The notes below the pieces were generated by a model. That model ran no database searches. It had not been told where the DNA came from and saw nothing but the letters and a program-made list of their open reading frames with translations. Below are positions 47,901 to 61,300 of a DNA stretch of 64,000 nucleotides, piece by piece. The DNA is from Antechinus flavipes (taxonomy: Eukaryota): NCBI RefSeq assembly GCF_016432865.1, contig NC_067400.1:612374001-612438000 (forward strand). Direction: 5' to 3'. The position numbers and the translations under genes are program-made. The stretch's first letter is position 1, and each line of letters begins with the position of its first letter.

Positions 47901-50900
47901 AAATCAACAATCTCAGATCCCCACAGCCAGCTATGCTCTCTGGCCTGTGTCACCAGCTAGGTAACCCATAAACACTTCAATCTGAATATAGGTGGCAGCA
48001 TGGCAGGACAGAAGGCATGCTGGGGTTAAAGCTGGTGGATTTGGATTCAAATCCTGACCTTGTCACCTACTAGGTTGGTGGTTTTAGACAAACCATTCCA
48101 TCTCTCAGGGACTCAGTTCAACTGTAAAATGGGGCAGTTAAGAGTAGATGACCTTTAAGGTTTCTTCTAGAGCTAAATGTCCACAATAGACTTTATTCTC
48201 TCCCTACCTCCCCTGTCCCCAAGCTTCTATTCTCCCTAATCTTTTCATCCAGGACAATATCATCTTTCTAGAGACCCCTGTCCAATAACTTGAATTCTTT
48301 CCCCATCACATCCAATGAAGCATCTGACCTTCCCTCCTCAAAATTGCCCAATAAATCATTAGAAAATTAAAATCAGGCTAGGAACCAAACTCTGTGATTT
48401 CTTTGGCTTAAGAAACTCCCCAGTATGGAACCTTCATTCACCAGTGCAGTTTGGCACCTTCTCAACACTTTACAGCCTTATAGCTGAAGTGCTTAGGATC
48501 ACACCTCTATTACACTTTAAGAAAGACTTGAACACAGACCTTTGAGACCAATTGTCTCTCCAGTCACTACTCTGCCTCTTGAATTTAAATTAATAAATGA
48601 TATGCATATATAAAGCATTCTGCAAATCTTAGTGCTATAGTAAATTTAGTTATGATTGTTATTATTATTATTAACAGAGATAGTTAAAAGCAATGAGACT
48701 CCATGTGGGTGAGGAACTGCTTTGGTGGGCCATGGTACAAGGCTATTGGCACTGATAGAATGTCCTGGCACCAGGAGAAGGGACCAAGAGGAAAGCCAGG
48801 AAAACAGATGGAGGTATGCAGAGAGAAGAATCAGCTCAGTAATATGAAAAACATGACCCTTAATTTCATCAGATTTGGCTCAAAGAGGGAATATCATACA
48901 TACTTAGTTTGATATAGAAACTTGTCTTATCCTATATGGAAGTAGGAGGGGAAAGGGGAAAAAAAAGGAGGAGGCTAATAGAAGGATAGAGCAGAATTAG
49001 AAGGGGAAAGGGATAAGAAAGAGGGGCTGAACAAAAAGAGGACAAATTGAGGGAGATGGTGGAAAAGCACAACACTGGTGAGGAGGGAAAGGAGAAAAGA
49101 AGAGAGAAAAGTATAATCTGGGAAAAATAGGATGGCAAAAAAAATGCAGAATTAGTCATTTTAACTGTGAAAACAAATAGGATGAATTATCCCATAAAAT
49201 GGAAGTGGTTAGCAGAGAGGATTAAAGGCCAGAATCCTACAATAAATTGTTTACAAGAAACAAATTTGAAGCAGAGACATACATACAGAGTAAAGGTAAA
49301 AGGCTGGAGTAGAATCTATTATGTTTTAACAGAAGTAAAAAAAAAAAAAAGCAGATCAAACAAAAGCCATATTAGATGTAATTTAAAAAGACAAGGAAGG
49401 AAACTACATCTTGTTATAGATAATGAAGTAATATCAATACTAAACATATATGTACCAAGTGATATAGCATCCAAATTCCTAGAGAAGTTAAAAAAGTTGC
49501 AAGAAGAAATAGACAGCAAAATTATACTAATGGGGGCTCTCAACCTTGCTTTCTCAGAACCAGACAAATCGAACCACAAAATAAACAAGAAAGAATTTAA
49601 AGAAATAAATAGAATATTAGAAAAGTTAGATATAATAGGCCTATGGAGAAAACTGAATGAGAACAGAAAATATACTTTTTTCTCAATCATACATATAACC
49701 TACACAAGAACTGACCACGTATTAGGGCATAAAAACCTCACAATCAAATGCAGAAAGGCAGAAATAGTAAATGCATCCTTTTCAGATCATGATGCAATAA
49801 AAACTACATGTAATAAAAGGCCATGGAAAAATAGACCAAAAATTAATTGGAAACTAAATAATCTAATCCTAAAACATGAGTGGGTGAAACAACAAACCAT
49901 AGAAACAATCGATAATTTCATCCAAGAGAATGGCAATAATGAGACAAAATGTATGGGATGCAGCCAAAGCAGTTCTTAGGAGAAATTTTATAGCTCTAGA
50001 TGCTTACATAATAAAATGGAGAAAGAGACCAATAAATTGGGCATGCAACTAAAAAAGCTGGAAAAAGCACAAATTAAAATCCTCCAATTAAATGTCAGAT
50101 TTTTAAAATCTGAAAATAAAAAGAGAAATTAATAAAATTAAAAGTAAGAAAACTATCAAACTAGTAATATGAAAAACAAAATTATGATAATACCACCAGA
50201 CTAAAAAATCTGAAAAATAAATTATCCATATAGACATGAGAGAGATCAGAAGAGGTCCCAAGTACATTTTGGTTATCTTGCTAAATGATATTGCACTTTT
50301 TTAAAAAAGTTGACTATGTTCTCTCTATCAATAAGAGTTTTATAGTGGGAGCAAGTCTGTACAATAGAAGGTTTGTTGGTCAGGAAGCTGAGAAGAGATA
50401 ATGTGCAAGGATGGAAGATCAGCAGTTTTCAGAATAGGGACCTTCCTCCATTTCAGCAGGTGATACCACGGAGGAGAAGACATTCACTCATTCAGAAGTA
50501 CAGTCAGAAATGAGATTTTGAGAGGGAAGGGCAAGGCCACCAGGATGATCTTAAGCAAATTTCTTCTCCCTGAGCCTCAATTCTTTCAAATGTCAATGAG
50601 GACTACATCATGGCCACTGAGATATTGTCCAGCTCTTAACCCAAGTCCTCAAAGAAATCTTCCTGACTCTAAACCCAGTTGTGTCCCATTTACCGACACA
50701 CTGATTCCTAGAATAAAATAGAAATTTAAATCTGGTGAGGGATGATGTGATGGTCTTACATTGGGAATAATGGGAGGGGATAAAGGCTTCCTGAATTAGG
50801 GAGTCTTGAGCTGGGCTTTAGAAGGCGGGGGTAGAGAGGAAAATGGGAGAAGTAGAAAGCAGCTTAGTCAAGGACCAACAATGGTGTGAGGGAAAGTGGA

Positions 50901-52984
50901 GACAAGGAGAAGATAATTGGTTCCCATACTATGTGATCCAATGTGATCCTTAGGGCCCGTCTGCCACATAATAGCTCCCTACTTACCCATTGCTGAAGTT
51001 GTCTCCATCTTATTCTCTGGCTGGGTTTGGCCTGTGTCTATGCCCCAAAGGAAACAGAGGAGAATGGGACATGAGAAATGGCATCCCTCGCCCAACAAGG
51101 TTTGGAGCCCCAAACTCTTTGTCCCTTGGACAAGTCTACCTGAGACAGACTTAAATCTCAGCCTATCTGCAGCTGAATCTAGAGTAGAGTGGAATGGTCA
51201 TCCCCAGGTCATTTCCCTTTTCCTCCTCCAACATCCATGAATTACACTTACCTTTATCATCCTTGGTAGGATCCATGGAAGTCACCTGGAGCTCTGAGGT
51301 GGTTGGACTTAGAGCTGGGGGAAAAGCAGAGTTGGTAGAATAGGTGTCCTGGGACTCGTTGCAATTCCCCCAGAAAGCCCTTACATCTGCCAGGCCCCCT
51401 TCCCTAAGTCTCTTCCCTCCTTACTCCCTATTTATCCCTCACCTGTGCTTAAACTTGAAGTAAACGGCTCCTCAGATGGGGTTGTATGGTTCTTTTCCAT
51501 CATGTCTGATCCAGGGGCCATCGATGTACCTAAGTGGGGTGCCATTGACATGTCCAATTGGAGGGGGCCAGTGTGGGAGGGAAGAGAAATTCATTCAGCT
51601 AGGATTCCTTCCACCACCATCCCCCCCATTCTTATAGCCCTCCTGCCTCCTACTTGGGACAGAGCCATGTAATCAAATCCTTCTCATTAGTAGTTTTAGG
51701 GATAGAAATGCATTCAAACTCAGAGGCTCTTTTACTTTACTTTACTTTACTTTACTTTACTTTACTTTACTTTACTTTACTTTACTTTAGCTTTGAAAAT
51801 AGGTCTCAGAATTCAACTAGTAAAGCTTTCTTACAGAACAGGAAACTGAGGCCCTGAGGGGTAATATTTCCTGCTTAAGGTCTCACAAAAACAAAAAGAG
51901 CAGAATCGGGGCTGCACCCCACATCTTCTGCCCCAAGCCCGATCCAGTCATTCTGCCTCATGGGCAATCATCTTCATATTTCTGCCCTCCCACAAAGGGG
52001 CCAACGTGAAGCCTTCTCTGAGTTCCTTTTTCCTTGACTATTTGGAAAGTACTTAGTACAGTGCCTAGCACATCGTAGGCACTTTACAAATGCTTCTTTC
52101 TTTCCTACTACCAGAAAGCAATACAGTGGGGAGTATTGGCTCTGATGTTAGAGAGCTTGGATTCGAATCCCTACTCCTGGTTCTTTCTACCTAGGTTATC
52201 TCAAGCAAATTACTTAGCTTCCTCAGTTTTCCCTTTTGTAAAATGAGGGGTTGGGACCAGATGTTCTCTGAGATCCCTTATAGCTCTAATCTATGATCTT
52301 ATGTCACTTCCTTTGTGGGGCTCAATTTCCTCATTTGTGAAAAGTAGCTTGTTCTAAGTGGCCCAGGAGGTCCCGATCTAGGACCTCCTATACAAGTCAT
52401 CATCCTGGGGTCCTCCAATAGATCTGTGCCCCTCTCCACGTGGGCATTCCCTCCAACAATGCAGATCGCAGCTCATCCAGGCTTGCCAAAGAACTGAAAC
52501 AGAGGACGGATGGAGATGTGCCCAGCTGGGCATAAGGAGGCTGTGACACATTGCAAATCAGGAATTAGGAAGGAGAAGCTGTGGAAAGGGCATCATGTGT
52601 GGGGAGGAAGGTGGGTTAGTGCAATGGAAAGATTGAGCAATTACTCATTGACAGGCTCATGTGCTTCCCAGAAAAACTGCACGTCCCGTGGACGCCTGGC
52701 TTGACTTAAGGGAATACAAAGAGAAGAACCGAACGGGATGGACAAGCCTGGATGAGTTATAATCTGGGGCTGGGGAAATCAAGTTTTTAAAAACACTGAC
52801 CCAGTTCCTACCCCCGGGGAGCTTAAGGTCCCATTGGGAGCCATACCGAATAATGGAATACTACTGAAATCTGATTAGAAGAAGGGGAGAAAGGGAAACT
52901 GTGGCGTGACTCACCTTGGGTCCATGAAGATGGGGCCAAGCCCAGGAGGAGGAAGAGGAAGTAGAGGTGACCTGAAGCTGACAT
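44998..52984 (-). CDS. FXYD5: FXYD domain-containing ion transport regulator 5 (dysadherin), ~170 aa
   Basis: Exons: 52915-52984 (CAG|ATG MSASGHLYFLFLLLGLAPSSWTQ); phase-1 Ser/Thr/Pro-rich mucin exons 51443-51529, 51252-51314, 50987-51037, 46775-46837; 45613-45645 (GGEEKWDPFKS); 45403-45477 (EYTLRKRGLIAAAVLFITGILILT, unambiguous FXYD5 TM); 45115-45160 (DRCRQFRWCRRQQR); 44998-45022 (SAYKVTQA*, inferred). TM and signal exons are certain; mucin and terminal exons are less so. Confidence 0.85.
47460..47875. repeat. (CT)-rich low-complexity tract
   Basis: Direct reading. Confidence 0.85.
48830..50165 (+). mobile_element. LINE-1 internal fragment: inter-ORF region plus ORF2 endonuclease domain
   Basis: ORF 49167-49979 carries CLQET, LNIYVP, TDHVLG, FSDHDAI and WKLNNLIL (L1 APE domain); homology continues to ~50165; antisense in a FXYD5 intron. 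Confidence 0.92.
51730..51787. repeat. (TTTAC)n pentanucleotide repeat
   Basis: Direct reading. Confidence 0.95.
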
Positions 52985-53962
52985 CTGTAGGAGGGGGGTG
53001 ATGGGGTTGAGAGATGTGGGGAGGGGGCCTCCAATTTCCTCCAAATTGGGGAGGAGTGTGTGGAGTCTGGGCAGAGCTATGGGGCTGGCATTTGGACTCC
53101 CGTTTGTCCCTGAGGAACATCACAGACCAGTTTCACTCCCAGAAGCCCTTTCTCTGCAGAGACCCCAGGGAGGAAGTGGGGAAATGTGGGGGGAAATCAA
53201 TTCCTCTACTTCTCTGACTCCTATCCCCATCCTCATCTCAGTCACCCCGCCCCCTGCTCCCCCAGAGGAAACAGGAAGCAGCCAGCCTGGGAAGGGTTTG
53301 GCGGCCACTGATGCAAGAGCTTGCTTAGAGCAAAAATGTTCCTCCCCTTCATACCCCTGCTTCCTCCACGTTATTTTCCAGCCAGACACCGGCTTGTCCC
53401 AGTCTCTTACCCAGTCGGGGGACCAGGGTCAGAGGGGCTGGAGCTGGGATGGATGGGCCTGCTTTCTTCCCTTTCTCTCTCCGGTCTGTCCCCCCCAGAG
53501 CTGAGCGGCCCAAAGGGAGGGAGGGCAGAGACACATCATGAGTAACGGGATCCTGCTCTAGCAGGAAAAAATGAGCTGGCTGGAGGTGAGGGGTGGAAAG
53601 GCGGGGAGGAGGGGGGGGGCACGGACGGAGCTGGGGCCACAAGGAAAGGGAAAGAAGATGGGAAAGAGAGAAGAGGCTGTAGGAACAGTTAAGGTAGGTG
53701 GAGATGCTGGCGACAAGAAAGAAAGAAGGGGAGAGCAGAGAAAGTGGGGGACAGCGAGAGTCTGGAGGGGTAACAGAAGCATTCACAGCAGGCTGAGGCA
53801 GCTAGGAGAAGCAAAAAGGGGAGAGGGGATCGGAGGAGACCCACAGAGAGAGAAAGGGACAGACAACCATGGGCGAAGGGGGCCCGGGTCCAGGAGATGA
53901 TGGGTGGAAAATCTCTCTGTCTAGAGCCCCGGGGAAAGGGAGGCTGCAGGAGAGGACTTTAC

Positions 53963-54125
53963 CTTGGAGCTGGGGGGTCCGGAGCTGGTGGCCTTGGCCC
54001 GGTGGGGACAGTCAGGGCGGGGTGGGGAGATGAGGAGGGGTGGGTGAGAATGGGGCGGGCGGGGGCCAAGACTGGGAGAGTCATTTCCTCTTTGGCTTCC
54101 TGGCTTCAAAGTCAGGGGCGGGAGC
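53963..54125 (-). promoter_or_regulatory. Probable FXYD5 non-coding exon 1 (donor at 53962) and GC-box promoter
   Basis: CTCCAAG|GTAAAG donor ~1 kb above the ATG exon; GGGGCGGG at 54052-54059 and 54115-54122. Confidence 0.5.
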
Positions 54126-54436
54126 CAGAGAGAGACTACGCAGGGTAGAGTGGGGGACACCCCAGTATGAGGAAACACGGGGATGAGCTATAGGAGATGC
54201 CCTGTGGGCCAGTGGGGCAGGGGTGGACCCCTTGGAAAGCCTTACACGTTTTCTAGTGGGAGAAATGATGGGGACCGTGAGGTTGGAGGAGAGGGGGGAA
54301 GGAAGAAGTACCTTGAGACTCACCCATTCTGTCTTTATCTTGGAGGGGGGGCTCACTTTATTCTTTCCTTTCCCCCCCCCCCATAAGAATCAGGAAGGAC
54401 ACAGAGAAACCAGAGAGGAAAAACCCTGAATCCACA

Positions 54437-54442
54437 TTTATT
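54437..54442 (-). terminator. FXYD7 polyadenylation signal AATAAA
   Basis: TTTATT on + strand ~470 nt past the FXYD7 stop. Confidence 0.65.
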
Positions 54443-54909
54443 GAGCTCAGAAGGTAACAAACAGGGTTCAGGGCTCAGATGACTGAGTCCCAGAAGGGCA
54501 GCCGGGGGGTGGGGGGAGGCGGGAATCTGGATATATGGGATCTAGGAAAAGGCTGAAAGTGGAGAACGGATTCCCGGATTCTAGGAAGGGGGCAAGGTAA
54601 GGTGTGGGTCCTAGGAGGGGGAACTGGGGGACTGAATGCCTGGGTCCATGAGGAGTAATAGGGATGGACTTTATTGCAGAAGCCTCAGGGAGGGGGGCCA
54701 GCCCTGCCCCCCAAAGGGGCTCAATGCTCTGGCCCTGGGCACTCCCTGTGGGGTGAGGAGTCCAGTTGGGGGCACAGGCAGCTCATATAGAAGGGGAACA
54801 TTCACTGGTGTGAGGGGGGCTGGGAGCGGGGGGCCCCAGCAATCTCCATCCCTAACCCCTAGGGTCTTTGAGATGGGGGCAGCGGCGGAGCTGGACGGGC
54901 CTCCTCATG

Positions 54910-57855
54910 TTACACGGCTCCCCCAGGGGCTGTGGGGAAAGAGAAAGGGGGATAGAGAGAGGAACAACTTGCCACCCCCATTTCCCTTTCCCAAAACACA
55001 CTCAGAGCACACACTCACTTTTCTGAGCCGGTGGTTAGTAAATCCCAGGCTGCTGCTGCTTTTCCTCCCCTCCCCCTAAGGAGGACAGGGACGGGAACAG
55101 GGACTGGGCTTGGGATTTGGTCAGCGGAGGAACCTCCGATTCCCAGGGGACCTCAGTACAGATCCCCTCTGACAGTCTCAGAGTTTCTACCTAACCCAAG
55201 TGACTCGCAGAGGTCACACAGTCGCTCCGCATCCGAACCAGAGTTCGAGGTCAGATCTTCCTTCCTCTGAGAAGAGCTCCCTGACCAGGCGGCACATTGT
55301 CCCTCTGAGACTTAATCAGAAAGTCCTTCCTGAATGCGGCTACTCTGCTGTGGTGTCCATCGGGGCACGGATTATTCCTACTCCCCACCGCGACACACAC
55401 ACACACACACATGCACACACGCTCCCTAGTGAGGAGAATTGACACTTACGGTTTTTAATGGTCGGACTGCGGGAAGAAAGGAATGATAAGAGACCGTAAG
55501 GAGACCAAGAGAGAGACAGAGACAGGGAGACAGAGACGGGGAGACAGAGACAGGGAGACAGAAATGGGGAGACAGAGATGGGGAGAAAAACAGAGACAAA
55601 GAGACAGAGACAGGGAGACAGAGACGGGGAGACAGAGACGGGGAGACAGAGACAGGGAGACAGAAATGGGGAGACAGAGATGGGGAGAAAAACAGAGACA
55701 AGGAGACAGAGACAGGGAGACAGAGACAGGGAGACAGAGACAGGGAGACAGAGATGGGGAGAAAAACAGAGACAAGGAGACAGAGACAGGGAGACAGAGA
55801 CAGGGAGACAGAAATGGGGAGACAGAGATGGGGAGAAAAACAGAGACAAAGAGACAGAGACAGGGAGACAGAGATGGGGAGACAGAGACAGGGAGACAGA
55901 AATGGGGAGACAGAGATGGGGAGAAAAACAGAGACAAGGAGACAGAGACAGGGAGACAGAGACAGGGAGACAGAAATGGGGAGACAGAGATGGGGAGAAA
56001 AACAGAGACAAGGAGACAGAGACAGGGAGACAGAGACAGGGAGACAGAAATGGGGAGACAGAGATGGGGAGAAAAACAGAGACAAGGAGACAGAGACAGG
56101 GAGACAGAGACAGGGAGACAGAGACGGGGAGACAGAGACGGGGAGACAGAGACAGGGAGACAGAGACAGGGAGACAGAAATGGGGAGACAGAGACAGGGA
56201 GACCGACAGGGACAGATGCACAGAGACAGAGGGAGACCTGGGACAATGGCACACAGGCAGAGATGGCTAAGGAAGGTGGAGAAGGGGCAGAAAGACACAA
56301 GGAGATGGAGAAGATCAGAGGGACAGAGGCAGAAAGAGACAAGGACAGAGGTGGAAACGGGGTAGAGGGAGGGTGCAAGCCGGGTAGAGGGACTTGGGGG
56401 AAAATAGAGGAAGCCCACCCTCATTCCCGATCCCCCCAAAACCCTTCTGACCTGGAGTCTGACTTCCTACACTTCACCTTCTTGCCTGTGGAGTGAAAGA
56501 AATGGGAAAATGGAAAGCTGAGACTAGAGTTGGGAGCCAGGGAAAATAATTGGGAAGGGATCCACCCAAACTCAGCATGATGGCCTCTTAACTCTGGGGT
56601 GGGAACGCTGTGGTCTGAGGAGCCTGATCTTGGGGGGGGAGAAGTCCTCTGGACTGGGAGCTGGAGGAGGGATACTGACAGAGGGCTCTAGGTAAGAAGG
56701 GCCTCCGGAGCAAGGGGTCTCTGGGATGGGGATCTCCTGGATAGAGGGTCACCAGAGTAGGGTGTCTCCAGGACAGGGGGACTCCAGGACAGGGAGTCAT
56801 TAGGGCAGGGGGTCTCCAGGATAGGGGGTTTCTGGGACGGGAGTCTCTGGAGCAGGGTCTATGTAGGTAATGGGAAAGCACTCACTGAGTATAATGACGA
56901 TGCCCAGAACAAACATGATGGTAGCCAGAGTAAGTCCCACAACACGAATAGAGTCATAGTCTGAGAAGGGAAACAGCACATATGGCAATCTACTGCATGC
57001 AGACTCTTCCCCAGTTCCTCTCCCCAAACCTCCATCCTGTTTTTATCCCAATTTGGGGGGGGGCTCAGTTTCCTCATCTGTCAAATGGAGCCTCAATACA
57101 GAAAGGAGCTGAATAAACCCTATTTCCCAAGCTGTCCCGCCTTTCCCTCGGTAGGTGCTCCCTCCCTCCTCTCAGCTGTCTTCTCTCTGCCTCAGGCTGC
57201 CTCTCTACCTAACTTCATGTGGGCTCCAAAAACGCCCACTATATTTGTTTGACCAGTAGCCTGAGCCCAGAATAACTTCAGGGGGGACAGAGAGCCTCCC
57301 AGGCAAATCTGAGCCAACAGGATGTAGACCATGGGCAGGCAGGGGAGCTATTTGGATCATCAGCCATGCCTGGAGCCCCTGTGGCTGCTGAGAAGGCTGG
57401 GGCTCACTACCTGTGACTCCCCTTCCAGCCCCCTCCCACCATATCCCAAACTCACCATAGTAGAAACGGTCAGGTTCCTGAGAAGTGGCTAAAGGGAGAG
57501 AGAAAAAAAAAAAAGGAGAGGAGGAAGAGAGAGGAGAGACAGAAAGAGAAGGACAGAGAGGGATAAATATAGAAAGAAAGAGAGAGACAGAGACAGAGAA
57601 GAGAGAGACAGAAAAGGGGAGAGACAAAGAGAAGGAGAGAGAGAAACAGGTAGACAAACAGACACAGAGACAGAGGAGAGAGAGACAGAAAAAGAGAAAC
57701 TGACAAAGAGAGACAGGAGAGAGAGAGAGAGAAAGAGAGAGGAGAGAAGGAAAGAGAGAAACAAAGAGAAAGAGGGAGAGACAGACAAAAATAGAGAAGA
57801 AGGGGGGGGAGAGACAGACAGAGAGAAAAGGAGAAAAACAGAATGCAGAGAGGGA

Positions 57856-57923
<68 letters not shown>

Positions 57924-58008
57924 AATAGAGAAGAGGAGACGGGGGAGAGACAGAAAGAGACAGAGAGAAAAGGGGAAAAACAGAATGCAGAGAGGAAGAG
58001 GGAGAGAG

Positions 58009-58066
<58 letters not shown>

Positions 58067-58243
58067 GAGAAGAGGAGACGGGGGAGAGACAGAAAGAAAC
58101 AGAGAGAAAAGGGGAAAAACAGAATGCAGAGAGGGAGGCAGGAAGGGAGAGAGAAAGAGAGAGAGAGAGTGACAGAGAGAGAAGAGGAAAGACAAATTGG
58201 GGGAGGGGGAAAACACAATGCGAGGGGGAAGGAGAAAGAGAAA

Positions 58244-58312
<69 letters not shown>

Positions 58313-61300
58313 CAGAGTCCCAGGGTCTTGGGACTCCAGACTCTCTGTCTCTTCCTCTCCATCCCTGATCCTAAAAGATGGATCCTAGTTCTGCTACTCC
58401 CCATCTATGGACAGCCAAACATTGCAATTACCAATCTGGACATCCAGTTCTCTCACCTGTAAAAACGAGGTTGTCCTCCACGTTCTCTAAGGACCCTTCC
58501 AGCACATATACCTATAGCACTTTATAGATTTTATCTCATTGGATTCTCACAGGATAGGTGCAATTATGACCTCCATTTTACAGATTCTGCATTTTGAATT
58601 GAGGCAGAGGTTAAGAAACTTGCTCAGAGCGAAATGAGCGGAACCATTGTACACAATAACAGCAAGAATGGGTGATGATCAACTATGAAAGGCTTGGTTC
58701 TTCTCAGTAGTTCAGTGATCTAAAGCAATCTCCATAGACTTTGAACAGAAAATGCCATCTGCATCCAGAAAAAGAACTAAGGAGACAATATAAACGAACA
58801 TATGCTACATTCACTTCTTTTTTTCTGGTTTTTCTTAATCTCTCCCATGATTTTTCCCTTTTGTTCTGATTTTTCTCTCCCAATATGATTCATTAAGCAA
58901 TGTGTATTAAAAATAAATACACTTACTACAATTAAAAAAAAAAAAAGAACTTGCTCAGAGTCCCACAGCTACTATTTGTCTAGACAGAATTTTAGCTTAA
59001 TTTCTTCCTGACTCCAAGTCCAGAACTCTAAGACACAAACTGGCTGCCAGACTACTTCTCTCCATCACTCTGTGGTCCAGCCTATTGGCCTTTTGGCTGT
59101 TTCTCACATGCAGTGTTCCATTTCCCATCTCCATGTCTTTGTATTGTATCCCCCAGCCCAGGAGTGCACTCCTTCCTCCACTCCATCTCTGGGGATCTCT
59201 GATTTATGTCAAGATTCAGCTCAGCGTCATCCCCCTAGTGGTTAGCAACTGCCTGCCAAAATTGAATACATTTTATATTGATAACATATGCATCTAAATC
59301 GGGTACATTATATTTGTATACAACTCTGCTGTCTTCTATTTATGTCTATCTTCTCTCTTTCTTCTCTCTCTCTATCCAACTATCTTCTATCAATCTCTCT
59401 TCTATCTCCTATTTAGCTCAGTACGTATCTCAGTTTGTCATCCATCCATCCATCCATCCATCCAAGTACCTACCTACCCATTTATCAGTCCAGTCATCCA
59501 TCTATCTATCCATCCACCCATCTACCTACCCAATTATTCATCCATCCATCCATCTATCCATCCATCCATTTATTTATTTTTCTACCCATCTACCTACCCA
59601 TCTCTCCATCCATACATCCATGTATCTATCTATCTCTCTGCATATCACCTATGTATCTGTCTGTCCAATTATCTTCCCTGATAGAATGCAATTTCCTTCA
59701 AAACAGGGATTGGTTCATTTTTGTCTTTGTGTCCCTAGTATCTAGCAAAGTTCCTACCACATAATAAATGCTTAATAAATACTTGGGGATTGATTAATTA
59801 CCTCAGGATTTCTTTCAGAGCCCGATTGATCGGCAGGTATGTTTTCAGTCAATCTGTCCCACTTTCTCACACTTATACCTAATTTCCTTTGTTTCACTTT
59901 TTTAGACTCGGTTTAAAATCTTTTCTCTGGAAAGTCTTTCAGGGTTCCACCTTTATCCTCTGTCTAGTGAGGAAGATAACTCACATTCATATAATGCTTT
60001 AAGGCTTGCCAACTTATTCCCATTTCATAGATAAGGAAAACAGATATTAACAGTGAACTTCCCAGGGTCTAGTAAGGCAGGATTCCAACCCAAGTTTTCT
60101 GCTTCAGATCTCTGGAACTCTAACCACTACACTTGCTTCCTCCTGTGACAGCTCCTACCCTGTGACTCCTGGACCTGACTGTGGTTTATGCGTATTTATC
60201 TCCAGCTTCTCTTCTCAGTATGAGGGTTCCCTGAGCTTCTGCTACCTCAGATGGAGAGAAGTCTGACACATCTCCATCTCAGGATCCTTAGTACAAATGA
60301 TCAGGGAGTCTGGAGAGAGGCTTCCCCATGAGTTGGGAAGGGGAACGAGACACTTTTCCGAAGTCTTGTTGAGCTCCTCAGATTCTAGAATTCTGTGAGT
60401 GGAAGATGTTCATAGCCTTGACAGTGGTTTATGAGCTCATTTTCTCAAATTCCCAGGTGTAGGATACAGTCTTGAGGATCAATTTTNNNNNNNNNNNNNN
60501 NNNNNNNNNNNNNNNNNNNNNNNNNNNNNNNNNNNNNNNNNNNNNNNNNNNNNNNNNNNNNNNNNNNNNNNNNNNNNNNNNNNNNNNNNNNNNNNNNNNN
60601 NNNNNNNNNNNNNNNNNNNNNNNNNNNNNNNNNNNNNNNNNNNNNNNNNNNNNNNNNNNNNNNNNNNNNNNNNNNNNNNNNNNNNNNNNNNNNNNNNNNN
60701 NNNNNNNNNNNNNNNNNNNNNNNNNNNNNNNNNNNNNNNNNNNNNNNNNNNNNNNNNNNNNNNNNNNNNNNNNNNNNNNNNNNNNNNNNNNNNNNNNNNN
60801 NNNNNNNNNNNNNNNNNTGCTCTATTCCCTAAAGCACAGAGAAGGTGGGAGGATGAGGCCCCTCAGGATGGAGCTGCACTAGGGGGTGGAGCAAGAAGGG
60901 ATACATTACCACAGGCCCGTTGCCAAGGAGAAGCTAGGGAAGGAGGGGGTTGCTGCAGCAACTGGGGCATTCTGAAAGGGAGTGTGATGGGGGAAGGGAG
61001 GATAAGGAGAGGGGGAGGGTCGTGGGGGGGGGAGGAGGCAATGTGGTCAAGCACCCCGTTATTCTTTTCAGACCCCAAGAATCTTCGATTGGGCTTACTC
61101 TAAGCTAGGGTGTCTAATCTTAGCCTTTCCAGCCTCGGGTGGAAGGAGTACAGGGAAGGCTACCCGGTCAGTGCCGGCTCTGGAGCCCCCAGACTCTCCA
61201 CAGAGCTCAGAGTGGCGGTGACAGAGCTTTTCCCTTTGCTCCCACCCCCCATCCCCCATCCCCACCCCGTCATGCCCTCTCCTCTCGGAAGATGAGTTTC

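Noticed and set aside
55340-58368. Multiple 200-337-aa ORFs on both strands
   Set aside because: Translations of GAGACA and GA satellites in FXYD7 introns.
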